Source: an uncultured Chitinophagaceae bacterium (GTDB lineage Bacteria; Bacteroidota; Ignavibacteria; UBA10030; UBA8401). Taken from it: a stretch of DNA of 52,289 bases. The position numbers and the translations under genes are program-made. Under the pieces are notes generated by a model. That model searched no databases. It was not told the origin of the DNA and saw nothing but the letters and a program-made list of their open reading frames with translations. Location: NCBI GenBank assembly GCA_964596155.1, contig CAZQSI010000014.1:1-52289 (forward strand), given 5' to 3'. This document shows, piece by piece, positions 9,981 to 19,678 of this stretch (the first letter of the stretch is position 1; each line of letters opens with the position of its first letter).

Positions 9981-12900
9981 CTAAAAATATGCCCTAACCT
10001 CCATCCTCCCTGTATGCACAACGGTTGACCTCGATGTTGTCCGGCCGGAATATTGAAGGGAAAACTGCATATTTCCTGCAATTCTGTAATCGGATGACAC
10101 AGTCCATAAATAATTTTTTCCGAAATCCCTTCCCGATGTTAACTCGTACGGTATTGCATATCCCGCCGGTTGGTTTCCGATAATGACTTCTTCACGGGAA
10201 AATTCTGTTCTGATCTGACCATTGCCGATAAATCCATAAATTAATCGAACCGTTTGGCCGTTAAAATCCGCGAGGACAACAGATGATCCGGCGCGATCTT
10301 CTGCCTGACTTGTTGCAATGACGAAGCCGATCTCGATGTTTGTCTCGGGACGATACGCCAGATCCGTCGACAGGGTTGTATGGTCGATTTGCCGCGAGCG
10401 ATTAATCAGTGATGATGATACAGCATTGTCGCTTTTAAATATTACATCGGTTTGATTTGATATTTCGTTCGACACCTGAAGGCGGGACCGGACGGAACGT
10501 TCGCGTGAATAGTTGCGTTCGACACCTGATGCAAATTGACTGAGACCGTTCCTCTGATTGAATCGAAATCGAAATGAATAATCGGGATTATATTCAAAAA
10601 GATACATGTCTTGCTGAATATATTGATATCCCAGCTGAGTGGTCACGGGATGAAGGAAGCTGCTGAAATCCAGAAGATAAATTTTTCGAATGTCGGGTTC
10701 TGTGCTCCGTTCTTCAAGTCGAAGATACGTCTCCGTTGAAATTACCGTTAGTAACTCTTCGAGCGCAGAGGCAGGACGTGGAATGAAACGGCGCGGCATG
10801 ATACGGATCCGGGAGGACGCTTTCAGGTTAATGATCGGAATCAGTTGCTCGCTGTTCAATGTGAGAGCAATATATTCTCCGTCGTACCGGTCCGGAATGA
10901 ATTCCCTCTCGTCATCAAGATCGGCAATGCTGTTCCCGTTGTTATCGTTCCAAATATATTGCCCTTCCCCTTTTCGTACTTTATAAAAATACCGCTCCAG
11001 TTTCGCCGTCCTCTGTGTCGCCGCGTCATACATAAGGTCGAGATCCAACCCCTGCGATAACGGTCTGTAACGCGTTTGCGCCTTGATCAATGTCGCTTGC
11101 TGATTTGTATTATTGGACTGAAACGCCCGTTCATATTTTTTTTCACGAAATGTTACCGATGTCGAGGCCGACACATTCTGTACTTCCTTCATCTGAACCG
11201 TATAGATCTGTGTGAACGATGTTGATTGTGGTTCAAGGTAACCCTTTGCTGACGCTTCATCGTTTCTCCATTCAAATTCAGAAGAGGCATCGAATCCGAA
11301 TGCATCGTTGACGGACAATTTGGGAGCATACGTGATAAACGAATAACTTGACGATTCGAGTGAATCTGAACGGAGTGCGTTAACGGTTCTTTTTTCATTT
11401 TCAAACCGAAGGGAAGGAGTAAATTCTTTGATGGTATATTCAGTTTTTCCGTTCTGCCGCACCCAATGATTCGTTATCCTCCTCACTTTTTCCTCTCCCG
11501 AAATGCTTTCAATAAAGTACGATACTGACGGCAGTGAAGAACCATTCAATTGAAACAACCCGTCATATCGAACTGACGAAAATTGATTTTTTTGTTCCAA
11601 TGTGCCAAAACCGCCGGCAACGGTGACCGCTTTCACCGGCATATATGCAATTCTTCCTTCCCGAATCTCTTCGTCGGAAGAAGCACCCGTCGTGAGACTA
11701 TCCGTGCTCCATTTCCTTCCAAATTCAACTGCATCGATTCTGTCCAAAGACAAAAATTCTTTTTGTTTATATCGTTCATGGAGGGAAATATCCAAAGAAC
11801 CCAGAGCAATACCTCCGATAGATATATTTTTCGGATGATACCGTCCGGAGAGCTTTACCGCTCCTCCGCTGCTGGTATGTCCTTCTACTGTGGAAAATCT
11901 GTTCGGAACAAAATTACTTGCAGCATATTCTCCTGAAATTGTTACATCGGAAAACGGTTGAGCAACTGACTGAAATGAATACAATTGATGTTGTTGGGGT
12001 GCGGTGATTAACACCACCGGTGCATATTGCCCTCCGTTCCTACCGGCAAAACGATAGCGCCCGATTCCTTCCCGAATATAATCCCCTTTGCCCTGACCAA
12101 CCGGCGAAAATGCAACATTATATACTGATTGAATCGAATTCTGTTCAAATACATACATCCGAATGCTGTCATTATTGACAACCGTGTCGCGGGCGGTGTA
12201 ATTTCCTTTTCCGATTCCAAGCGAATCGCGGCCGACAAACATCACGCCTGATTTTACTGCCGTTGAACTCCCGGAATTGCGCAATAGATTTTTTTCTTCC
12301 TCGTTCAATGTTAAATCAATCGGAGCGTCGGGATCGTCACCTTCCCTGAAATAGTTCATTGTCAATGAAATATCTTTCGATACATCGGTTCTGGAATCGG
12401 CGGCAAGAAAGTTACGAGTATATTGTCGGTCGGAATATTCGAAATCAATGACAATTCTTGACGCACTTGTAATTAATCTGCCCGTTGAAAATGTCAGTTC
12501 CGCTGCTCCGTAATCTATCGAATAATCATTGTTTTCACCCCGGAGCATTTCGATTCCATCCACATACACCCGTTCGCTTCCCGGTATGATGATAATAGCC
12601 CGTTCATTGTTCTTGCCGGTCAGCCGATACGGTCCCTGGACACCTTCAATACCCGTCATTGTATTCGTCGAGTACTTTCCTCTGCTGGTTGCACCGGTCA
12701 GCTGAAGATTCGGCTTTATCATCATCCCGGTATATTCGGCGGAAAGTTTCGCGCCCTGTAATTTTCGGGAGATGTTGACGAATTCCCCTTTGTTGGATTG
12801 GAAGACAAAGTCTCCCAGCGTTGCTGTGTACGTCGGACTTTTGATTTCGACAAAAACATTGTCAATCTCCTGCAGCGATTGTGTGTTTCCCTGAGGCTGA

Positions 12901-13472
12901 ATTGGAGTGTTTTCGTCGGTCAGCGCTGCGATGATATCAATGTCATCCGACAACTTTCCGGCCATCTGAAGTCTGAATCCGGAACTGAGCGTAAGGTCTC
13001 TATTGGAGCCGATAAGAAATCCTCTGCTGATAGATCCGCTTTTTGAAAGTTCGGGTCCGAAGATATTTGTAAACGCACCTTCATTCTCGGATATGACAGC
13101 ACGTCTGTTTTTCAAATTCACGGAATCGTGTTTAAATACAAGAGTTCTGAGAGCGTATGTTCGTTTCAACTGGAGAGGCAGATATGAATACAGGACCGAC
13201 ACGGTAAGAGGAAAGTATGCTGCAGTGTCCAGAAACACCGAAACCGATCGTTCGGACGATGAATATGAAAATCGTTGATGTTCGACGGAATCGAGAAATA
13301 CGACGATCGTTGACGGGATGATAAATTGTTTAGAGAGGATGACAGAAATTGAATTAGTGGTACGTTCTATGGTAAACGTGTCAACGTGATGATTGGAGGG
13401 AGATTGTCCATACATCACTGCAGCTGAGAAGCAGTATAACCAGAATACTATTGAGGGTTTCATTCGATTCAA
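9981..13472 (-). CDS. Large predicted outer-membrane beta-barrel protein of unknown function (1163 aa)
   Basis: N-terminal signal peptide, alternating beta-strand pattern, C-terminal aromatic BAM signature (EVRAYF), and a GSERVYVDG...RGENNDYSIDY motif resembling SprA-type repeats. Confidence 0.7.
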   Translation of the reverse strand: MNRMKPSIVFWLYCFSAAVMYGQSPSNHHVDTFTIERTTNSISVILSKQFIIPSTIVVFLDSVEHQRFSYSSSERSVSVFLDTAAYFPLTVSVLYSYLPLQLKRTYALRTLVFKHDSVNLKNRRAVISENEGAFTNIFGPELSKSGSISRGFLIGSNRDLTLSSGFRLQMAGKLSDDIDIIAALTDENTPIQPQGNTQSLQEIDNVFVEIKSPTYTATLGDFVFQSNKGEFVNISRKLQGAKLSAEYTGMMIKPNLQLTGATSRGKYSTNTMTGIEGVQGPYRLTGKNNERAIIIIPGSERVYVDGIEMLRGENNDYSIDYGAAELTFSTGRLITSASRIVIDFEYSDRQYTRNFLAADSRTDVSKDISLTMNYFREGDDPDAPIDLTLNEEEKNLLRNSGSSTAVKSGVMFVGRDSLGIGKGNYTARDTVVNNDSIRMYVFEQNSIQSVYNVAFSPVGQGKGDYIREGIGRYRFAGRNGGQYAPVVLITAPQQHQLYSFQSVAQPFSDVTISGEYAASNFVPNRFSTVEGHTSSGGAVKLSGRYHPKNISIGGIALGSLDISLHERYKQKEFLSLDRIDAVEFGRKWSTDSLTTGASSDEEIREGRIAYMPVKAVTVAGGFGTLEQKNQFSSVRYDGLFQLNGSSLPSVSYFIESISGEEKVRRITNHWVRQNGKTEYTIKEFTPSLRFENEKRTVNALRSDSLESSSYSFITYAPKLSVNDAFGFDASSEFEWRNDEASAKGYLEPQSTSFTQIYTVQMKEVQNVSASTSVTFREKKYERAFQSNNTNQQATLIKAQTRYRPLSQGLDLDLMYDAATQRTAKLERYFYKVRKGEGQYIWNDNNGNSIADLDDEREFIPDRYDGEYIALTLNSEQLIPIINLKASSRIRIMPRRFIPRPASALEELLTVISTETYLRLEERSTEPDIRKIYLLDFSSFLHPVTTQLGYQYIQQDMYLFEYNPDYSFRFRFNQRNGLSQFASGVERNYSRERSVRSRLQVSNEISNQTDVIFKSDNAVSSSLINRSRQIDHTTLSTDLAYRPETNIEIGFVIATSQAEDRAGSSVVLADFNGQTVRLIYGFIGNGQIRTEFSREEVIIGNQPAGYAIPYELTSGRDFGKNYLWTVSSDYRIAGNMQFSLQYSGRTTSRSTVVHTGRMEVRAYF

Positions 13473-13518
13473 TGATTCAATAGTAAAAAGTTACACTAAA
13501 GCTCCTTCAATTGAAAAT

Positions 13519-13545
13519 AAAAAAGTCATCCGGAATCCGAATGAC
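13519..13545 (-). terminator. Intrinsic terminator after tRNA-Leu
   Basis: Minus strand GTCATTCGG-att-CCGGATGAC (one G-U pair) followed by TTTTTT. Confidence 0.65.
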
Positions 13546-13556
13546 CTTTCTTGTTG

Positions 13557-13641
13557 TACCGAGAGCCGGACTTGAACCGGCACTCCTTTAAGGGGAACTG
13601 GATTTTGAGTCCAGCGCGTCTACCAATTCCGCCATCCCGGC
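13557..13641 (-). tRNA. tRNA-Leu (anticodon CAA), CCA not encoded
   Basis: GCCGGGATGGCGGAATTGGTAGACGCGCTGGACT-CAA-AATCCAG...GTTCAAGTCCGGCTCTCGGTA; acceptor stem GCCGGGA/TCTCGGT, long variable arm, 85 nt. Confidence 0.97.
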
Positions 13642-13740
13642 ATTGTGATGTTGTTCAATCTGGAATTTGTGTCACGGTGTGGAACAATTATTTTTTCTGT
13701 GGCATCGTTCCATACAGGTATATCCAGAAGTAACAGTTCA

Positions 13741-13769
13741 AATATACGAAATAGATGAAAGTGTGGCAA
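13741..13769 (-). promoter_or_regulatory. Promoter for tRNA-Leu
   Basis: TTGCCA-N17-TATATT, embedded in TTTCG-TATATTTG, which also fits the Bacteroidota TAnnTTTG element. Confidence 0.65.
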
Positions 13770-13798
13770 GTGACAGAAAAAAATCAGTCACGATCGTG

Positions 13799-14689
13799 TC
13801 ATTTCGGACGCTTCATTGATTGCAAACCCTTCTCCTCTATCACCATTCTGTAATTTACTAAACGGTATTCGGGTTTTCGAATCAGGTTCTGAAATTGTGG
13901 TGAAATGAGCGCCTGCAGTTCTGCGTTTCTGTGTAAACTCATGTTTTTTGGACCAAAGATATTCAGATCTTCCATTGCATCAAGTTCCGATACGGAAGAA
14001 CCAACATGGAAAACAAATAACTTGGTTCCTCCAAACGTGAGGGACTTTGTTTTTGCAATAATTGTATCCAATTTGCTTTCGATTGGAGCAGAATATCCTC
14101 CCTCAACATCCACTTCGTCAAAATACCGAGAGATGGCAAGTCCGTATTCATCCGCTAATTTTTCAACGATCATTCGAGTTTCAACGGTCTGCACTGCGGC
14201 ACCCATATGATAATCCAGATAATCGATTGTTACTCCTGATCGCCGTGCACGTTCAATTTGAGCGCGTAACTCCGTTTCAATTTCTGAAAGTGATGGAGTA
14301 TTTCCGAATAAGGCGCTGCGGGAAGGAAAAAAATAACCGTTACTATCCACCAGCGAAGGAACGGCGGATGATCCGCTGACCGGACCCCACCGATATTGTT
14401 TCCATTCCGAATTGAGCGTTAAATGGATTCCGACAGAAACATTCGGATACTTCCGAAGCATTTCGATCGCTTCGGGATACCAGGGACATGGAACCATCAC
14501 CGACATGGAAACCGGGATGCCGGTTTTAAGAACCTGTTCCGCCGCACTGTTTACGGCATGAGACATTCCGATATCATCACAGCGAATGAGAATCGGTATC
14601 CGTCGGTTAGTATCTGTGTCTTGTGAGAAACAAATACTGCCGGTCACAATAAGGATGCAAAGAAGAAGAAACCTGTTCGGACGAATCAT
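13799..14689 (-). CDS. ChbG/YdjC-family carbohydrate deacetylase with a predicted signal peptide
   Basis: RCDDIG, SMSVM, GIHLTL, LRAQIE and YLDYHMG motifs; hydrophobic N-terminal leader (FLLLCILIVTGSICFS). Confidence 0.8.
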   Translation of the reverse strand: MIRPNRFLLLCILIVTGSICFSQDTDTNRRIPILIRCDDIGMSHAVNSAAEQVLKTGIPVSMSVMVPCPWYPEAIEMLRKYPNVSVGIHLTLNSEWKQYRWGPVSGSSAVPSLVDSNGYFFPSRSALFGNTPSLSEIETELRAQIERARRSGVTIDYLDYHMGAAVQTVETRMIVEKLADEYGLAISRYFDEVDVEGGYSAPIESKLDTIIAKTKSLTFGGTKLFVFHVGSSVSELDAMEDLNIFGPKNMSLHRNAELQALISPQFQNLIRKPEYRLVNYRMVIEEKGLQSMKRPK

Positions 14690-14878
14690 TTATTCCGTTT
14701 CTGAAAATTTTTTAATTGCCTCAAAATGCTTTACGATTGCTTTTGCTTTGTTTTTTCCAAAGGTCAGCCAATGCCAGGACGTTCCGGGATCAGGAGCATC
14801 GACGATAGGGATCCGGAGAATCGGTTTCCCTTTATACTCGTCTATCACCGGTAATTGTTCAGATTTTTCTTCTTCCAT
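14690..14878 (-). CDS. Small conserved-looking protein (62 aa, MEEEKSEQ...), start reassigned from 14983
   Basis: GAAGGGGG ribosome-binding site before ATG 14878. This start removes the overlap with the upstream gene, and the stop abuts the next start at 14689. Confidence 0.65.
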   Translation of the reverse strand: MEEEKSEQLPVIDEYKGKPILRIPIVDAPDPGTSWHWLTFGKNKAKAIVKHFEAIKKFSETE

Positions 14879-14918
14879 TGTTATTCCCCCTTCGATGGTC
14901 AATTCTGCCTTTGGTACC

Positions 14919-15983
14919 TCAGTTCTCTGATTCTCGTTTGTAGAGATATGCTGAGTCATACTTTTTATTTGTAGAGCCGTCATTCAGACAGTACGTAGCG
15001 CCGCTCCAAATGGACGCACTGCCATGTTCTCCCCGTTTATTGATGGCATAGAATGAAACATTGTAATTTGGTTTTCCGTCGCTTCTTAGCAACCGTTTCA
15101 TTTTTGTTTTTTCAGCAATCCTTTTGCATGCCATCAAACATGCCTCTTCCGGGGAATTTCCTCTGCTCATAAATTCGACAATCAACATCGAACTGCAATT
15201 GACAAGATTAGCTTCTCCTCTGCCCGTCGATCCCGCTCCGCCGACTTCATTATCAATGTACAATCCGGCACCGATAATGGGTGAATCACCGACACGCCCA
15301 GGAATCTTATAGGACAATCCGCTTGTGGTTGTCACACCGGAAATATTTCCCTGCTGATCTTTTGCGATGCAATTGATGGTTCCAAATGTTTTCATCACTT
15401 CATGAATTCTTGATCCGATATTCTCATCGCTGATCGTGTGCGGGGGCAGATAATCATCTGACGTCGATAAATGTTCCTTCCATTTCACCCACATCTCACG
15501 CGATTCCTCCGTCAAGAGATTTTCTTCCTTAAACCCGTGCATTCGTGCAAATTTTAATGCACCGTCTCCCACGAGCAGCACATGGTCTGTCCGCTCCATC
15601 ACCATCTTGGCAACAGAGGAAGGATTTTTAATATTTCTCAGCGAGGCGACGGCTCCTGCGCGGTGTGTCGGTCCATGCATAACGGAAGCGTCCAATTCCA
15701 CAATTCCCTCTTCATTCGGAAGTCCGCCCAATCCCACCGTCATATCATTCGGATCATTTTCAATAATATTGACTCCTGCGATCACGGCATCCAGAGCATC
15801 GCTCCCTTTGGAAATCATATCCATCGCCTTTTCCGTGGCTTTGATTCCATTTCCGCTGCTGATGACAACGTTCTTTCTTGCGGCCGATGTGATTGACCTG
15901 GAAAAGAGTTCCTGAGGAATTGTTGTTGCTGCAGATGCAAGCATGGCTGCAGAAATGAATGATCGTCGGGATAATACGGGCAT
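14919..15983 (-). CDS. Glycosylasparaginase / N4-(beta-N-acetylglucosaminyl)-L-asparaginase family Ntn hydrolase with a Tat signal
   Basis: SRRSFI twin-arginine leader; DMTVGLGGLPNEEGIVELDASVM; GVTTTSG; GRVGDSPIIGAG; CAGGA ribosome-binding site. Confidence 0.85.
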   Translation of the reverse strand: MPVLSRRSFISAAMLASAATTIPQELFSRSITSAARKNVVISSGNGIKATEKAMDMISKGSDALDAVIAGVNIIENDPNDMTVGLGGLPNEEGIVELDASVMHGPTHRAGAVASLRNIKNPSSVAKMVMERTDHVLLVGDGALKFARMHGFKEENLLTEESREMWVKWKEHLSTSDDYLPPHTISDENIGSRIHEVMKTFGTINCIAKDQQGNISGVTTTSGLSYKIPGRVGDSPIIGAGLYIDNEVGGAGSTGRGEANLVNCSSMLIVEFMSRGNSPEEACLMACKRIAEKTKMKRLLRSDGKPNYNVSFYAINKRGEHGSASIWSGATYCLNDGSTNKKYDSAYLYKRESEN

Positions 15984-16016
15984 ACTGTTCTCCTGTTGAA
16001 TTGTAGAATTGTGGAC

Positions 16017-16045
16017 AAAGTAACGTTTGCACAGATGAGAAGCAA
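16017..16045 (-). promoter_or_regulatory. Promoter of the glycosylasparaginase operon
   Basis: TTGCTT-N17-TACTTT(G), about 33 nt before ATG 15983. Confidence 0.5.
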
Positions 16046-16081
16046 TCGACTGCGGCCCTTCCGATTGAACCGGAAATGTGC

Positions 16082-16106
16082 AAAAAAAAAGGGTGCCGAA
16101 GCACCC
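16082..16106 (-). terminator. Intrinsic terminator after the 1119-aa secreted protein gene
   Basis: GGGTGC-TTCG-GCACCC (cUUCGg tetraloop) followed by a T run. Confidence 0.9.
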
Positions 16107-16131
16107 CTTGTTAATATACCGACATTACCGG

Positions 16132-19100
16132 TTATTTCAGAATCAACATTTTCTTAATATCAGAAAATGTTCCGGCAGTGAGTTTATAATAATACACACC
16201 GCTGGAGATTTTTGACGCATCAAATTGAACGGTGAACACACCCGCCTGATGGACACCTTCGGCAAGACGCGCAACTTCACGTCCGACGACATCATACACC
16301 GTCAGAAGAATATTCGACTGGTGCGGTAAATTAAATTTGATGGTTGTCGTTGGATTGAACGGATTCGGGAAATTCTGCTCAAGAATATATGCCGTCGGAA
16401 TCTGTCCGGCAATCTGCAGAGCTGCTCCGGCAACAGCGTCCGGATCCATTGCGATGGACTGAATGTCTGAAAGTCCAAGATCGCCTTTCACCCAGCCGCC
16501 GCCCGTAGCCGTATCAATCTCAATCAACTTGTTCACTTCTGAAGCTGTGCCGCTCAAACCGAACAGTCTGCCGTTTTTGTCGAACGTGATATCATTAATG
16601 CCGATTCCAACATTCGCTTTTCCGACAAGAGTTGCTTTACCGGTCGTACGGTCGAGTTTATAAATATTATCCTGGATTCCGCCGGTGCCAGTATTCCTGA
16701 GCGACATCCAGAGCGAACCGTTCACCGGATTAATTGCAAGACCGCCGGCACGAAGTCCCGAGTTAATTCCGATTTCCGTTGCAGCGCCGGTTTTGAAGTT
16801 CACTTTATATATTCTTCCGTTAAACGCTCCCATATACGCCATTGAATCGTTGTAAATAGCTAGTCCCTTCAAATTCGCTATGGCGACGACGGAGAGTTGT
16901 TCGGTATTGACACCGTTGCTGCTTAGTCTGAAGAAGGCACCGCCGTTCGGATCACCCGTATTGTTGAATGCAATCAGTTCCTTGGTAACCGGATGAACCG
17001 CAAGACTGGTGATTTGAGAAATATCTGTGTTCGTAACGATTGACGGTGTTCCGTTGCTTGTATTTATCGTATATAATTTTCCACCGTCTGTGCTTCCCGA
17101 ACCTGAATAGAGTGTTCCCGGAACCACCTTCAAAATTTCGAACCCTGAACCCGACAATGAAATTTTATACGAAGGATTATTTGAATCGTTCGTTGAAATC
17201 ATGATGGAATCTTTTTTCAATCCGCCCGATGTCGGTTTGAAAAATACTTTCAATTCCAGAGTCCCTTCGCTGACAATTTTGTGCGGCACAGAAGGTTTAT
17301 TTAGGATTGTATAATTGCTTGAAGCAAGATTGATTGCCGAAAGTACCAGCGTATCAAGTCCGTCATTGGTGATGACGATGGAGAGTGTATCGCTGGCTTC
17401 GTTCACTTTTTTTGTTCCAAATTCAAGGAACGAACGGTTAATGGCAAAAATGCCTCCGGCAAGCGGCCCGATCTTTGCCGATGAAATCCACGTACCCCAG
17501 CCGTTTTTGGCCGAAGCATATTCCGTATGCGCCCACATTGTTACCTGATCGGAAGGATCGACGGCTGCACCGCTGTAATCTCCCCAGCGATTTCGTGTGC
17601 CTCCGAATGTTACCACATAATTTCCGGCTCCTTCTTTCATTGTTACACTGGTTGATAATCCGATAGGATCATTTTTTCTTCTTCCAGAGAGGTATGCTCC
17701 GGGATATTCCGTCAAACCGCTTCGCGAGTATGTCACCAGTACTTCTTGATTTTTATTCACAGCAATAGCAGGATAAAAATACCAGTAACCGTCCGCACCA
17801 AACCGTGAATCTTCTAGCACTGTCCGTTTGTGGGGATTGAATTTTACATATCGCACGGCGGAGTATTCATTGTTTGAACCTGATGCAACTGCATGAACAA
17901 TCCACAGCGCACTGTCCCGATATGCACTGTTTGCTCTGATCTGTTTTGATCCGCTTTCCAACAGAGGCGATCCTCCGCCAAGCTGCTGCGGCTGTGTAGG
18001 CGTTCTATACGATGAAACAATAATATTGTCACCTTCGATCGTCGGATTTGCTCCGATTGGATCTGTTAGTGTCCACAACGTCATGTAATTCGTGCTGGTG
18101 AACGGAGGAATATTGACGAAAAACGCTTTATTGCTGTGCGTATATGCATTCGGAGGACGAATACCGTCAAATACGGAATTTTGTTCAGGATCCCTGAAAT
18201 CCCAAAAATCTTTGTACGTGATAGATGCAGTGGAATTTGCATACATTTGTGCTTTGGGAATGATCCGCAGCTTATTGTATTGGAATGATCCGCCGGCCAG
18301 AGGAAATTGTCTGGATGAAAGATAGAGTGCCACGCTGTCATAACCTAACGCGGGATAGTCTCCCCAATGCGGAGTCAACGAATCGCCCAACGCAATTCCT
18401 GATGTACTCCATTGATACCACACACCTGTTGGATCGGCATCATCCGACACTGCAAAAAGATGCCTATGGTCTGTTGCCGTCGGACTTGTCATCCAGAGCA
18501 TCACCCAGCGATTGGCATAATGATCATAAATGATTTGCGGATCGTTTGGACCGGTGCCCGGTGCTATTGAGCTAAAGAAATTTGCTGCGGTAATATTTTT
18601 AATTAACGTTCCGTTCTTATCAAAAATCCGGAATGATGTATTGACCATCGTAATCACATGATTCGGTCCGGCCGCCATAATCGGATCGGGAGGAATTGAA
18701 TTTCCCATCGGGAAGGCCTGAAAACTTTTTTGAATGACCGGTCTTCCGATCGTTGCCGATGAAACTGAACCATCCTGAACAAAATTTTTGGAAAGTTTAT
18801 CCTGAGGCGCAGGATATTTTGAAGGTGCAATCTCGCTCAACGCTGGAAGTTCATAATGTTCATAATACGGAACATTCGGTTGGCTGCCGGAAGCAGGTTC
18901 GTCTCCGGTGATCGGCGCATTGGCAAAGTCATTGGTATTCACCGTGACGCCGGCCGGAGCGGTGCCGCTTTTTGGACCTTTAACAACCTTAGGAGCAACT
19001 CCTTCGAAAATCTTAAAAACCAAATCTCCGCCCGTCGGTACTCCTCCGCTTGTTCCCCCGCCATGCCATTCACCGACAAGAATATAGTACGTCGTTCCGC

Positions 19101-19491
19101 CGAGAACTTTCATGAAGATTTCCGATTGACGGACACCTTGAGCATCATCATTACATTTAACTTCAGACAGCGTTCCGCACGATCCGGTATACACTCCCAT
19201 CATGACGTCGAAATCTGCCGTCGGAGTGCTTCCAATGGTGCTGATATACACAAACCTGTCAACATCCGGAGTATATTTAAACCACACCGTTTTCCCCTGA
19301 GCTGCGGTATCATTACAGCTAATATTCGGGTCATTTACATTCACCGTCGCTATTCTTGTATCTTGAGATGTATTAAACGGCAACGATGTGACTACAGTCG
19401 CTGTAGCACACTCATCGTTTGGCGCCTGCGCAAATACTGCTGTGGACAACAGCAGAATGCTGCAGGTGAGGGTGTAGAATAAATTCCTCAT
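16132..19491 (-). CDS. Secreted multidomain protein with a T9SS-type C-terminal sorting domain (paralog A)
   Basis: Signal peptide; PNDEC...VWFKYTP...CNDD domain; PPDP..AAGPNHV...RWGDYS domain; ASH/choice-of-anchor-D-like Ig domain (FGTKKV...ITNDGLDTL); beta-propeller repeats; LEQNFPNPFNPTT...KKMLILK tail; GGAGG ribosome-binding site. Confidence 0.85.
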   Translation of the reverse strand: MRNLFYTLTCSILLLSTAVFAQAPNDECATATVVTSLPFNTSQDTRIATVNVNDPNISCNDTAAQGKTVWFKYTPDVDRFVYISTIGSTPTADFDVMMGVYTGSCGTLSEVKCNDDAQGVRQSEIFMKVLGGTTYYILVGEWHGGGTSGGVPTGGDLVFKIFEGVAPKVVKGPKSGTAPAGVTVNTNDFANAPITGDEPASGSQPNVPYYEHYELPALSEIAPSKYPAPQDKLSKNFVQDGSVSSATIGRPVIQKSFQAFPMGNSIPPDPIMAAGPNHVITMVNTSFRIFDKNGTLIKNITAANFFSSIAPGTGPNDPQIIYDHYANRWVMLWMTSPTATDHRHLFAVSDDADPTGVWYQWSTSGIALGDSLTPHWGDYPALGYDSVALYLSSRQFPLAGGSFQYNKLRIIPKAQMYANSTASITYKDFWDFRDPEQNSVFDGIRPPNAYTHSNKAFFVNIPPFTSTNYMTLWTLTDPIGANPTIEGDNIIVSSYRTPTQPQQLGGGSPLLESGSKQIRANSAYRDSALWIVHAVASGSNNEYSAVRYVKFNPHKRTVLEDSRFGADGYWYFYPAIAVNKNQEVLVTYSRSGLTEYPGAYLSGRRKNDPIGLSTSVTMKEGAGNYVVTFGGTRNRWGDYSGAAVDPSDQVTMWAHTEYASAKNGWGTWISSAKIGPLAGGIFAINRSFLEFGTKKVNEASDTLSIVITNDGLDTLVLSAINLASSNYTILNKPSVPHKIVSEGTLELKVFFKPTSGGLKKDSIMISTNDSNNPSYKISLSGSGFEILKVVPGTLYSGSGSTDGGKLYTINTSNGTPSIVTNTDISQITSLAVHPVTKELIAFNNTGDPNGGAFFRLSSNGVNTEQLSVVAIANLKGLAIYNDSMAYMGAFNGRIYKVNFKTGAATEIGINSGLRAGGLAINPVNGSLWMSLRNTGTGGIQDNIYKLDRTTGKATLVGKANVGIGINDITFDKNGRLFGLSGTASEVNKLIEIDTATGGGWVKGDLGLSDIQSIAMDPDAVAGAALQIAGQIPTAYILEQNFPNPFNPTTTIKFNLPHQSNILLTVYDVVGREVARLAEGVHQAGVFTVQFDASKISSGVYYYKLTAGTFSDIKKMLILK

Positions 19492-19538
19492 TGAACCTCC
19501 AAAAAGTAATTGAATTTGTATAATGAACTGGATTACTG

Positions 19539-19567
19539 AATATAGGATTACTCATATAGAAAGTAAA
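19539..19567 (-). promoter_or_regulatory. Promoter of paralog A, flanked by direct repeats
   Basis: TTTACT-N17-TATATT. AGTAATCC occurs immediately upstream (19545-19552) and immediately downstream (19530-19537) of the -10 box. Confidence 0.55.
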
Positions 19568-19678
19568 GAATAGAGCGGAATTTTGTTGAATCTTTTTTCA
19601 CCGCCTTGTGCGAAGATCATCGGACAATTTAATATATTGCATAGCAGATTCAGACAACAATCGCCAATCATCGGATTT

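Noticed and set aside
13551-13733. 60-aa ORF over tRNA-Leu
   Set aside because: Antisense to a bona fide tRNA; spurious.
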